Positions 38,613 through 47,446 of a stretch of DNA of 64,000 nt are shown here, in pieces. A model generated the notes under the pieces. That model made no database searches. It was not told where the DNA came from and saw only the letters and a program-made list of their open reading frames with translations. Within the stretch, counting starts at the first letter, position 1. Every line of letters begins with the position of its first letter. Source of the stretch: an uncultured Pseudobdellovibrionaceae bacterium (lineage in GTDB: Bacteria > Bdellovibrionota > Bdellovibrionia > Bdellovibrionales > UBA1609); the NCBI GenBank assembly GCA_963803705.1, contig CAWDNU010000004.1, positions 768,001-832,000 on the forward strand, in the 5' to 3' direction. The position numbers and the translations under genes were made by a program.

Positions 38613-40331
38613 TCATTCACTAAGTTTGATCAATGGCATATAAGAAGGCGCAAGCAAAAGTCCGTTAGAAATCCAATTTCTGACAGCCTGTTTTTCACCC
38701 TTGCTGCCACTATATCTGGCCAAACCTACGTAGGCTCCAATTTCTAACTTGTTTCTCTCAAAAACTAAATTCCAGTATTTGGCTGAACAATTCAAGTCGT
38801 TTTTCTGCTCGCAAAATCTGGCTTGAAGTATTAGTGGCAAAACATATGCTGAAGCAGAATCTGAACTTAATGCGCGACCAATTAACAAACTCTTTTGGTA
38901 AGCTTCATCCGCATTATCTAAAATGACAGACTTGATGGCAAATACTAAAGTTTCTTTTGAAAATGACCTTTCCGCAGCTTGTATAGGTGCCTCGGTGACT
39001 TGACCCATAAATCCCAATTGATGGTAGCAAAGACTCTTAAACAAAAGAGCATTTAACTGGTTAGAAGGTAGAAATTTGTTTATTTCGGAGCAAAAATTTT
39101 CAAAACGTTTACTATCAAAAGCATACTCGTAAATATTGCGCTTAAACAGATTAGAAATATACGGATCAGACTGAATAAAACTTAAAATGTCGTCATTCAG
39201 GGCTTCAGAATTACTTCCTGTTGTTTTGATCTTTAACCAAATTCTTAGTATTTGGTTTAAATATCTTTGGTCAGCACTCGTTGATAAAAAGTTGCTGATC
39301 AGCTCTTTCGCTTTTTGAAGTAGGCGCTTATCCCCATTAACCTTCCACTGCTCAATCAGGGCCAAAGACATAAAGACCGGTATGTGGCCTTCTGAGTGGC
39401 CTCGCAAATATGCGGAATAAAAGAAATCCCAAGCTTCTTGAAATTTGTTCTGGTTTAAATAAAGGTGTCCCAAATTTACCCAAGCAGGCAGAAATTCAGG
39501 ATTAACTGACAAGCTTTTATTTAAAAACTTGAAGCTTTCAGAGTAGTTTTGATCAATAAGGTAACTTAACCCCATAGCTGTTAACCACTCGGGAGTCTGC
39601 TTAATTGAAGCTTTCGATTTTTCTAATAAATCTCTTGCGTAAACCGTTTGCCGTTCCTGATTTAGGACAAGGGCAGCAAATTGCACGTAGAATCCAGGCA
39701 TATTTGCTTTGATTCCATCTGCTTGATTTAAGTCTTGAAACATTAGGTAAGCCGTTTTGTAATCTCCTTCAACAATATTTTGCTGAACCATTTTTATGGT
39801 ATTGGCACTGTAAAAACTACCTTTAAATCTTTGGATCGAAGCTTGATTATAGTAACCTGCTATCCCAACAATTATAGAAGTTAAAAACATTAGTTTAAAA
39901 ACAGGAAATTTTTTCTTTTTCGCCTTTGGCTTTCCATCTAAAAAATCCTCTATAGAGGGCTTTGGCAGGCTTGAGCTTTGTAGAGGCTCGATTTTTGGAT
40001 TGGGCTGGGTGTGGTCGACAGCTTCGATCCTTGAAAGCTCTTCAGTATCATCAAGTAGAGCGGTCGAAGTCATGTCGTCGGTGAACGTGCTGGTTAAATT
40101 CTGGGTCTTTGTAACTTCTACTCCAGCAATCTGCGCTTGTTTATCTAACGCATTCTGAAATACACTAACGTCACGCACATAAGCCCAATAGCCATTTTCA
40201 GGAATAATTTCGTCAATCGGTATTATGCTTTTCTTTTCAATTAAGTTATAAACCTGTTTCGTAGAGTAAGGCCCTAAAATTTGAGACGATGATTTTACAA
40301 TCCATTGTGTCTTTTCATTATACTGCTTCAA
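38613..40331 (-). CDS. GYF-like N-terminus, single TM and TPR protein
   Basis: WIVKSSSQILGPYS motif, TM at FKLMFLTSIIVGIAGYY, TPR repeats such as AWVNLGHLYL. Confidence 0.75.
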   Translation of the reverse strand: MKQYNEKTQWIVKSSSQILGPYSTKQVYNLIEKKSIIPIDEIIPENGYWAYVRDVSVFQNALDKQAQIAGVEVTKTQNLTSTFTDDMTSTALLDDTEELSRIEAVDHTQPNPKIEPLQSSSLPKPSIEDFLDGKPKAKKKKFPVFKLMFLTSIIVGIAGYYNQASIQRFKGSFYSANTIKMVQQNIVEGDYKTAYLMFQDLNQADGIKANMPGFYVQFAALVLNQERQTVYARDLLEKSKASIKQTPEWLTAMGLSYLIDQNYSESFKFLNKSLSVNPEFLPAWVNLGHLYLNQNKFQEAWDFFYSAYLRGHSEGHIPVFMSLALIEQWKVNGDKRLLQKAKELISNFLSTSADQRYLNQILRIWLKIKTTGSNSEALNDDILSFIQSDPYISNLFKRNIYEYAFDSKRFENFCSEINKFLPSNQLNALLFKSLCYHQLGFMGQVTEAPIQAAERSFSKETLVFAIKSVILDNADEAYQKSLLIGRALSSDSASAYVLPLILQARFCEQKNDLNCSAKYWNLVFERNKLEIGAYVGLARYSGSKGEKQAVRNWISNGLLLAPSYMPLIKLSE

Positions 40332-40343
40332 ACCAGTAAACCT

Positions 40344-41846
40344 CTAGTGCTTAAAATGTCTTTCGCCTGTCATAATAATGGTAACACCTAATTGCTCCGC
40401 TTTGGAAATAACTTCTTCATCTTTTATAGACCCACCAGGCTGAATAATCCACTTCACTCCTTTGGAATGAATGAATTCTACGGAATCAGAAAATGGAAAA
40501 AAGGCGTCACTAGCGACAACCAAATCTTTTGCGTCAGGATAAAATTGCATTTGCCGCTTAAAAGCTTGCTCGACAGCATCTATACGATTAACTTGTCCCA
40601 TACCTAGACCTACAGTGCTCAAACCCGAAGCCACAGCAATTGCATTACTTTTTAAATGGGTACAAATTTTCCATGCAAAGACTAAACTTTGAAATACAGC
40701 TTCGCTAGGTTTCTCACCAAATATTTTCCATGACTCAGAGTTCAAACTAATTACATCACGGTCTTGAGCCAGAAATCCCCCGGCGATAGACCTAAGCAGC
40801 AATTTTTCGGATTGGTAAGCCCCTATATCTGGCCAACTAAGGAGTCGCAGATTTTTCTTCTTAGATAACAATGCAAAAGCATCGTTGGTGAAGCTAGGTG
40901 CGATGATGCACTCTAAAAATAGCGTGTTAAACAATTTTGCTTCATCGATAGTGACAGGTCTGTTGCAAGCTACAATTCCACCAAAAACACTGATTGGGTC
41001 AGCGCTGATGGCTCTTCTGGTAGCGTCTGTGAATGATGACCCAGAGCTAACACCACAGGGGTTAGTATGTTTTACGCAAACCACTGTAGGGTCTTCAAAC
41101 TCTATTACAGCTTGAACTGCGGCATCTAGATCCAAAAGGTTATTGTAGGAAAGTGCTTTGCCATGAAGAATCTTTGCGTTATGCAAACCCTTATCGCCCT
41201 TTTTCAACCAAACAGCTTTTTGCTGAGGATTTTCGCCATACCTTAATTCAGATATTTTTTTAGCAGAAAAAGTGTGCTCTTCCATAATGTCTGAAGACAA
41301 CCACATTGCGATTTGTGAATCATAGTACGATGTATGGCGAAACACTTTAGCCGCCAAGGTCTTTCGTTGGTTCATAGTGATTTCGCCTTTCAGAAGTAAA
41401 TAGTCTTTAGGATCACAAAAAACGGCTATTCGTTCAAAGGACTTAGCTGCGGACCTTAAAAAAGACGGTCCACCTATATCAATAAGCTCAATCTGATCTT
41501 CATCAGAATTTTTGTTTCTAATCCCCGATTCAAAATCGTACAAATTACCAATTACAATGTCGAATGCTTCAATGCCAAATTTTTCAAGAGTTTCCTGGTC
41601 GTCAACATTATCCTTACGTGCCAAAAGGCCCATGTGCACTTTAGGGTGAAGGGTCTTCACCCTACCGTCCATGACTTCAGGAAAGTCAGTTAGCTCGCTT
41701 ACGTCTTTTACAGTCATGCCAAGAGCTCTTAGCGCTTTAGCTGTTCCGCCCGTGCTTATGATGACATCGTCTTCAGGATCAAAGACTTCGGCTAAAAAAT
41801 CTAAATTACTTTTATCAAAAACACTTACTAGAATATTTCTTTTCAT
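40344..41846 (-). CDS. purH: Bifunctional AICAR transformylase/IMP cyclohydrolase
   Basis: STGGT, GRVKTLHP, IDIGGP, LRYGENP, SDAFFPF and QPGGS motifs. Confidence 0.97.
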   Translation of the reverse strand: MKRNILVSVFDKSNLDFLAEVFDPEDDVIISTGGTAKALRALGMTVKDVSELTDFPEVMDGRVKTLHPKVHMGLLARKDNVDDQETLEKFGIEAFDIVIGNLYDFESGIRNKNSDEDQIELIDIGGPSFLRSAAKSFERIAVFCDPKDYLLLKGEITMNQRKTLAAKVFRHTSYYDSQIAMWLSSDIMEEHTFSAKKISELRYGENPQQKAVWLKKGDKGLHNAKILHGKALSYNNLLDLDAAVQAVIEFEDPTVVCVKHTNPCGVSSGSSFTDATRRAISADPISVFGGIVACNRPVTIDEAKLFNTLFLECIIAPSFTNDAFALLSKKKNLRLLSWPDIGAYQSEKLLLRSIAGGFLAQDRDVISLNSESWKIFGEKPSEAVFQSLVFAWKICTHLKSNAIAVASGLSTVGLGMGQVNRIDAVEQAFKRQMQFYPDAKDLVVASDAFFPFSDSVEFIHSKGVKWIIQPGGSIKDEEVISKAEQLGVTIIMTGERHFKH

Positions 41847-42003
41847 GATTAGTTTATCTCACAGGTTAGATTTTAGAACCTATATCATTTAAGCAAATAT
41901 ACCAATTCCAAAACTTAATTTTATTATACAAAAAGCCAGTAAAAATTGATTGTGATTACAATTAGGCTAATACTCTATTAATTAATCTAAAAAAATTTAG
42001 ATC

Positions 42004-42035
42004 AAACGAGCCTTTCTTTGCAAGAAAGCTCGTTT
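42004..42035. terminator. Stem-loop downstream of mlaD, possible terminator
   Basis: AAACGAG(C)CTTTCTT-TGC-AAGAAAGCTCGTTT, a 14-bp stem with one bulge; no immediate U-tract on the minus strand. Confidence 0.4.
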
Positions 42036-42064
42036 CATTTGGTCATAAAACCTTTGGCTTAAAA

Positions 42065-42239
42065 TTAGATAAGTTTCGCTTTAAAAAAGTCTTATTTGCT
42101 TCATCAACTATATACTTCAAAAGTGAGTTCTTTGGCGCGCTGACTTGCGAAGGCAAGGCCAGTGACAAAGTCTGTTCGAACTTTTGAAGTATATAGTTGA
42201 TGAAGCAAATAAGACTTTTTTAAAGTGAAACTTATCTAA
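42065..42239. repeat. Long palindromic element C
   Basis: 60-bp inverted arms 42065-42124 and 42180-42239 (59/60 complementary) around a 55-nt core. Confidence 0.95.
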
Positions 42240-43623
42240 AAAATTGAGCCGCAAAAATGTTTATGTCGTCGTTGGTTACAGTTATTCCGCCACCGATGAA
42301 AGGGTTAAAGTCACGTTCTTCACGTTGAATTATGGAATCACCACCACCTACTAGATAAAGGCCTTTCAGGGGTCTCCAAGTTGCAAACACACGTAAGTTT
42401 GGATCACCAAAATCAAACATTTCAGCAGAGAAGCTGACTTTTTCTCTGTACAGGTGGTAATCAATGCCGAAACCACCACTGGATTGAATCAAGCCACCTC
42501 TTAAAGTTAGATCATAAAAGTTCTTAGCAAAAATCGCTGTAAATTTAATTGCATTTTTGTCGGTCTGAGTTCGGTCGGTGTCTGTCACTACAGTCGAACC
42601 AGGTGTGGTGGTGGTTTCAGTGTTTGTTACAGTATTTTCAGTAACACCTAATGGATCTTGCACAATTCCCAGATAATAATATCTATCCAAACCCGGCTGA
42701 ATTTTTAAACCTACAAAAGACTGAATATCCGAACGTTCAGTCATAAACTCCGAGTGATAATCAAAAGTTGTCCTTAGATTTAAGGCTCCTCCCAAAACAC
42801 GATTTAAATTGGCAACGGCCTTGTTAATACCATTGACAGTTTCTTCGTCATTTATCAGTCGACCGATGGTACCTTCTCCATCGGAAATTTTACCAGTTAC
42901 GTCTTCTATATTTGCAAGCGATCGATCTAAACGTCCCATGCCTTGAGTCACATTTCCCCAAGCTTCTTTAAATTCTTCTCGGCCTTGTTCACCAAATGCG
43001 ATTTTTAAAGTGCCCGTTAACTCTTCAACGCTATCGATTACATTGTTAATTTTGTTTTTATTTTCTGCTGTAACTTCTGCCAAATCTTCAGTTAGATTTT
43101 CAATATTAATCATGATTCTACCTAACGGAGTGGCGTTGCTTCCCTCAACCGTGGCTTCTCTTAAAGCAGCCGCAACATCTTGTAGCGATGTTGCTACTTT
43201 ACTGATTTCACTCATCGCATCGCTTAAAGAGCCCGAAGTTACTACGTTCTCAATCTGATCGCCACTTTTTAACTTAGTATCTGTGGGGTCCCCACCTATG
43301 ATCGAAACAAACTTGTCACCTAAAATACCATTAGATACGATCTCAACCTTAACACTTTTTGTTAGGTTTAATCCACTTTGCAACAAGATCTCGATCCGGG
43401 CTCTGCCGTCTTCTAATGTGATTGAATCGATAATGCCAACTTTAACACCAGCGACTTTGACGGCGGTGTTCGTAATCAAACCACTCGCATCATCAACTAA
43501 AAAATAAAGTTTATTCGAAGCCCCCAAAATTGAAGGGTTTTTAGATAGTTTTACGTTCATAATAGCAATAACTGCTAATGCGATTAAAGCAAAAAAGCCA
43601 ACTTTCATTTGCGTAGATTTCAC
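42232..43623 (-). CDS. mlaD: MCE/MlaD family protein with long helical and C-terminal beta-rich region
   Basis: N-terminal TM, DASGL...VKVAGVKVG and GILGDKFVSI MCE motifs; follows mlaE-mlaF. Confidence 0.88.
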   Translation of the reverse strand: MKSTQMKVGFFALIALAVIAIMNVKLSKNPSILGASNKLYFLVDDASGLITNTAVKVAGVKVGIIDSITLEDGRARIEILLQSGLNLTKSVKVEIVSNGILGDKFVSIIGGDPTDTKLKSGDQIENVVTSGSLSDAMSEISKVATSLQDVAAALREATVEGSNATPLGRIMINIENLTEDLAEVTAENKNKINNVIDSVEELTGTLKIAFGEQGREEFKEAWGNVTQGMGRLDRSLANIEDVTGKISDGEGTIGRLINDEETVNGINKAVANLNRVLGGALNLRTTFDYHSEFMTERSDIQSFVGLKIQPGLDRYYYLGIVQDPLGVTENTVTNTETTTTPGSTVVTDTDRTQTDKNAIKFTAIFAKNFYDLTLRGGLIQSSGGFGIDYHLYREKVSFSAEMFDFGDPNLRVFATWRPLKGLYLVGGGDSIIQREERDFNPFIGGGITVTNDDINIFAAQFFR

Positions 43624-44378
43624 TGCTTTCTTACTCCCTTCGAAACAAATTTTTCCACCAAAGGATGATCTGTTTCTAAAAACTTATCCGGCGTTCCTTT
43701 CATTAACACTTTACCCTCATGAAGCATTATTACAAAGTCCCCGATACGAAAAGCTGCATGAAGATCATGGGAAATCACGACCGAAGTCGCGCCCTCAATC
43801 TTTTCGTGGGTCGACTTAATTAAGTTATCGACCATCTCTGTTAAAATAGGATCTAATCCAGTCGTTGGTTCATCATAAAGCAAAATTGCAGGATCTAGTG
43901 CAATAGCTCTGGCTAGCGCCACTCTTTTGCGCATTCCGCCACTTAGCTCGCTGGGCAACTTGTAATGGTGCTTCGCATCCAAGCCCGACATTTCTAACTT
44001 CTTTTTAGCAATATTTTCTCTGTCTTTAATAGACAGTTTTTTTCTGTGTTCTTTCAATGGAAAACAAACATTTTCAAGTGCCGTCATATCATCAAATAAG
44101 GCCGCATATTGAAACATAACTCCCATCTTTTGACGAAACTTCGCCTTTTCAGCGGAAGACATGGACTTAATATCAGAGCCTAATATATCTATAGTACCAG
44201 ATGTGGGCGACATCAATCCTAGAATATGCTTCATTAAAACACTTTTACCGGTTCCGCTGAAACCAATAATCATAGTGATTTTACCTTTCATAATATCTAG
44301 ATCAATTCCATTCAAGACAAACTCTTTACCGCAGTCGAAGGATTTTTTTAAGTCTTTGATGTGTATTGCAGTATCCAT
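43620..44378 (-). CDS. mlaF: ABC ATPase, MlaF/Mkl-like
   Basis: GFSGTGKS, LSGGMRKRVALARA and YDEPTTGLDP motifs. Confidence 0.9.
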   Translation of the reverse strand: MDTAIHIKDLKKSFDCGKEFVLNGIDLDIMKGKITMIIGFSGTGKSVLMKHILGLMSPTSGTIDILGSDIKSMSSAEKAKFRQKMGVMFQYAALFDDMTALENVCFPLKEHRKKLSIKDRENIAKKKLEMSGLDAKHHYKLPSELSGGMRKRVALARAIALDPAILLYDEPTTGLDPILTEMVDNLIKSTHEKIEGATSVVISHDLHAAFRIGDFVIMLHEGKVLMKGTPDKFLETDHPLVEKFVSKGVRKQ

Positions 44379-44382
44379 CAGC

Positions 44383-45165
44383 TCACTTCACCAGTTGAAA
44401 ATATAGTCTAATAAAATTAGTTAATACGTAATCTGCAATGATAATTGATACCATACTGGTCACAACGCCCTTGTTGGTGGCTTCTCCAACACCTTTAGCG
44501 CCGCCAGTGGTGTAGTATCCACGATAGGTGCACACAAGAGAAAAAATTAGCCCAAAAAATCCAGCTTTTATCAATCCTTGGATCACATCACTGGGGTCGA
44601 TCCAATCAGTAATCTTAGCCCAAAATATGGCGCTATCAATTTCAAGGACGTGTACACATAAGGTGTGCGAGCCCGCCATGGCTACAAAGTCAAAAAAACC
44701 GCATAGCAGAGGAAGTGAGATTATCGAGGCAACTACCCTGGGGGCAACTAAGTACTGAACCGGATCAACCCCCATAACCTTGATTGCATCAATTTGTTCA
44801 GAAACTCTCATTGTTCCTAGCTGTGCTGCCATCGCACCACCCGCTCTAGCCGCTACTATAAGACCTGAAAGCACTGGTCCCAATTCTCTAAAGATGCCTA
44901 GGGCCACAGTTGGACCTACTAGATTTGGAGCTCCGACCATACTGAAACCTAAATAAATTTGTAGCGATAGAGCTAAGCCAGTAAAAGCTCCGGTAAGAAA
45001 TATAATACTCATAGATTTGTTGCCGACAAATTCTAACTGCTTGAAAATTTCTTCGAAACGAAAAGGTCCTCTAAAAATCGCCCTTAGCGCAGCACAAGAA
45101 AAGATACAAAAATGTCCCAAAGTGATCAGCAAATTTTCAAAAGGTTTTAAATTTAATCCGAACAC
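44383..45165 (-). CDS. mlaE: MlaE family ABC permease
   Basis: RELGPVL, LGTMRVSEQIDA and GGAKGVGEAT motifs. Confidence 0.92.
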   Translation of the reverse strand: MFGLNLKPFENLLITLGHFCIFSCAALRAIFRGPFRFEEIFKQLEFVGNKSMSIIFLTGAFTGLALSLQIYLGFSMVGAPNLVGPTVALGIFRELGPVLSGLIVAARAGGAMAAQLGTMRVSEQIDAIKVMGVDPVQYLVAPRVVASIISLPLLCGFFDFVAMAGSHTLCVHVLEIDSAIFWAKITDWIDPSDVIQGLIKAGFFGLIFSLVCTYRGYYTTGGAKGVGEATNKGVVTSMVSIIIADYVLTNFIRLYFQLVK

Positions 45166-45168
45166 TAT

Positions 45169-46392
45169 CTAGCTTCCTATCACGCGTCGCTGAACTCTAG
45201 CGCTTAATCGGGCTAAAAATTCGTAAGTAGTTAATCCTGCGCGCTCTGCCAGCGACTCTAGCGAGAAGTTTCCTGCGGTTAAATCTGAACTAAATATTGT
45301 CACCACTTTGGACACCAAACTTCGAAATTCACTATGCTTTAAGCTATCATTTAAATCAGATGGTGACATGGAAGACAAGTCGTTCCCCAAAATCTGATTT
45401 GCCCAATGGCTAAGATCTACCATTATAAAGTCCATACAAATTTTACCTATAACTGGCGCTTGCTTATTTTCAATAATTACAAACGCTTTCCCAAGTAAAG
45501 AGCTAGGAAAGCCATCTGCATATCCTATAGGCAATATTCCAATCAATGTTGTAATGTCGGCTTGCCATACCCCATCGTATGAAACAGTTTCGCCCTTAAA
45601 TACCCATTTCAAATCCACTATGGGAGCTTTTAAAGACAGTACCGGTTTTAAGTGTTTGTTTAACTGTGATACTCCGTAAAGTCCAAGCCCTGGCCTAAGT
45701 CCGTAGGTTAGCAATTCATTGTCTTCGTCAGACATCAGAAAATTATCGTTCAAAGCTTTAGAGCTAGAAACGTGGAAGACTACACCCTTAGAGGATCTTA
45801 ATTTGGGCTGGTCCTGGAAAATCGCCGTAAATTTACTAACCGTGCTCTTAAAGTGATTTAGTTGCTTAAAACTTTTTCCGGTCTTGCTGGGCCAATCTGC
45901 AGCCTCAAGCAGATGAGAAAATACTCCGGCAATCTTAATTTTATTCTGTGATTTTAAAAAATCTGCTAGCTCCACCAAATTATAATCTTTGAAGCCCAAT
46001 CGGTTCATACCCGTATCAATTTCAATATGAATGTCACAACATGGTAATCTTTGGGTTTTCAAAAAATTGTGTAGAACCTTCAAACTATAAAATGTTGAAA
46101 TAACTGGGGTTATTTTATTTTCTATGACTTTGTGAATATCCGACTCATCTAAAGGGTTAAATAGCAGTATTTCAACATTATCGTCCATCGAGCGGACAGA
46201 TAAAGCTTCTGACAACCTGACGACCCCAAAATATTTAGCTCCTGCCGATCTTAAAATTTCAAAAACTTGCTTTTCTCCAACTCCGTAAGCATTAGCTTTT
46301 ATCATTGGACATACGAAGTCAGACTTGGATTTGTACCAGGCATAATTGTGCCTTAAATTGTCAGTATTTATTTCTAAAAAGCACTCATTCAT
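45169..46392 (-). CDS. alr: Alanine racemase
   Basis: IKANAYG PLP-lysine motif, DTGMNRLG, VSY, PIGYADG and GKICMD. Confidence 0.95.
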   Translation of the reverse strand: MNECFLEINTDNLRHNYAWYKSKSDFVCPMIKANAYGVGEKQVFEILRSAGAKYFGVVRLSEALSVRSMDDNVEILLFNPLDESDIHKVIENKITPVISTFYSLKVLHNFLKTQRLPCCDIHIEIDTGMNRLGFKDYNLVELADFLKSQNKIKIAGVFSHLLEAADWPSKTGKSFKQLNHFKSTVSKFTAIFQDQPKLRSSKGVVFHVSSSKALNDNFLMSDEDNELLTYGLRPGLGLYGVSQLNKHLKPVLSLKAPIVDLKWVFKGETVSYDGVWQADITTLIGILPIGYADGFPSSLLGKAFVIIENKQAPVIGKICMDFIMVDLSHWANQILGNDLSSMSPSDLNDSLKHSEFRSLVSKVVTIFSSDLTAGNFSLESLAERAGLTTYEFLARLSARVQRRVIGS

Positions 46393-47446
46393 TTTTTTTC
46401 TCTAATTTGCGACATACAAAGTCCGGCTCGAAGCTGTCACTTTTGACCACCTCTAAAATTTGTGAACCTGCTGTATCAAGTATTAACTTTTGGATAGTCG
46501 CCAATTGTAAATCTTCAAAGTCGTGGGCTAATTTTGGGTACTCCGAAATACATATAGAAAATTCTGTTTGGATATTAATATTCAAGTCGCTAAAATATTT
46601 TGATGCGGTTAAAATATTTTGAATTTGCTTAGCTTTGTTCCTAGCATTTTCAATGCTCATGTGTGGAAGTAGCACTCCGAATTCAGTCTCTGAAAGAGCT
46701 CCAACATAGTCTGTTTTCCGCACCGCTTGAGAAATTATTTTAGCGATCATCCGAATCAAAGAGTGGTACCTATCAGCATTTAGAAAATTCTTTAACTGAC
46801 TGGCGTGATCAAGTCTAACCACCATAAATGTAACAGGATGCTTTATGCGTTGGGCTCGCCCGACCTCTAGCGCTACATACTCGGAAAGCACTTTTTTGTT
46901 TAGTAATTCTGTCAGATCATCTAAACGGTTCAGATTATGAATTTTATCTAAAAGGTAAATTTCTGAAGCCCAGTGGCTGAATATTCGCTCTGCAAGTTTG
47001 TAGTACGAGCTTTCTAACTTATCAGTTTCGATATCAGTATAAACGAAAAGCCCCTTAACTTCACCCCGAACTACACAAAGTGCTGTGACAAAACTATGAT
47101 TCGGAGAAATTTTTTTCATAATCTCTAGAAAGGATTTGTTTTGCCCAATGCGAAGAAAGTCTTTTATTGGAGAAAAATCTTTATCTGTGGAAAAGTTTAA
47201 GCCAAGCCCACGAACGTTTTCAAAAGCAATGCCTTCCGAGTAGGTTGCCAGCAACGAGCTAAAAGGTTTTAAATACTTGAAAAAAACCACACCCCTGCTC
47301 TGAAGGCCCTCGTACATTTCGCTGGAAAATACTTTGACGGCTTCATCGAAATGTTGAACAGCGTGTAACTGCAGCGTCCATCTATCTAGCCTTTCCAAAG
47401 CCGACTGGCCATGGTCGAAAGAATCCAGAAAATCATCGCTCACCAA
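46385..47446 (-). CDS. GAF-like plus degenerate GGDEF domain protein
   Basis: DDLTELLNK start of a GGDEF fold; active-site position reads SETEF; RKTD I-site upstream. Confidence 0.75.
   Translation of the reverse strand: MVSDDFLDSFDHGQSALERLDRWTLQLHAVQHFDEAVKVFSSEMYEGLQSRGVVFFKYLKPFSSLLATYSEGIAFENVRGLGLNFSTDKDFSPIKDFLRIGQNKSFLEIMKKISPNHSFVTALCVVRGEVKGLFVYTDIETDKLESSYYKLAERIFSHWASEIYLLDKIHNLNRLDDLTELLNKKVLSEYVALEVGRAQRIKHPVTFMVVRLDHASQLKNFLNADRYHSLIRMIAKIISQAVRKTDYVGALSETEFGVLLPHMSIENARNKAKQIQNILTASKYFSDLNINIQTEFSICISEYPKLAHDFEDLQLATIQKLILDTAGSQILEVVKSDSFEPDFVCRKLEKKNE

Noticed and set aside
19432..42152. Roughly 11 kb spacing between elements A, B and C
   Set aside because: Only two intervals (about 11.7 and 11.0 kb), and no element at the next expected positions near 8 kb or 53 kb.
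19323..42239. Palindromes A-C as integron attC sites
   Set aside because: They follow stop codons but lack proper RYYYAAC/GTTRRRY core sites, flank housekeeping-type genes, and no integrase is present.
19323..42239. Palindromes as retron msr-msd, CRISPR repeats or protelomerase targets
   Set aside because: No reverse transcriptase, cas or telomere-resolvase gene is in the window, there is no repeat-spacer array, and the elements have large asymmetric cores rather than uninterrupted palindromes.
19323..42239. Palindromes as ordinary rho-independent terminators
   Set aside because: Stems of 50-73 AT-rich bp with structured 47-57 nt cores are far beyond terminator size; an incidental terminating effect is not excluded.
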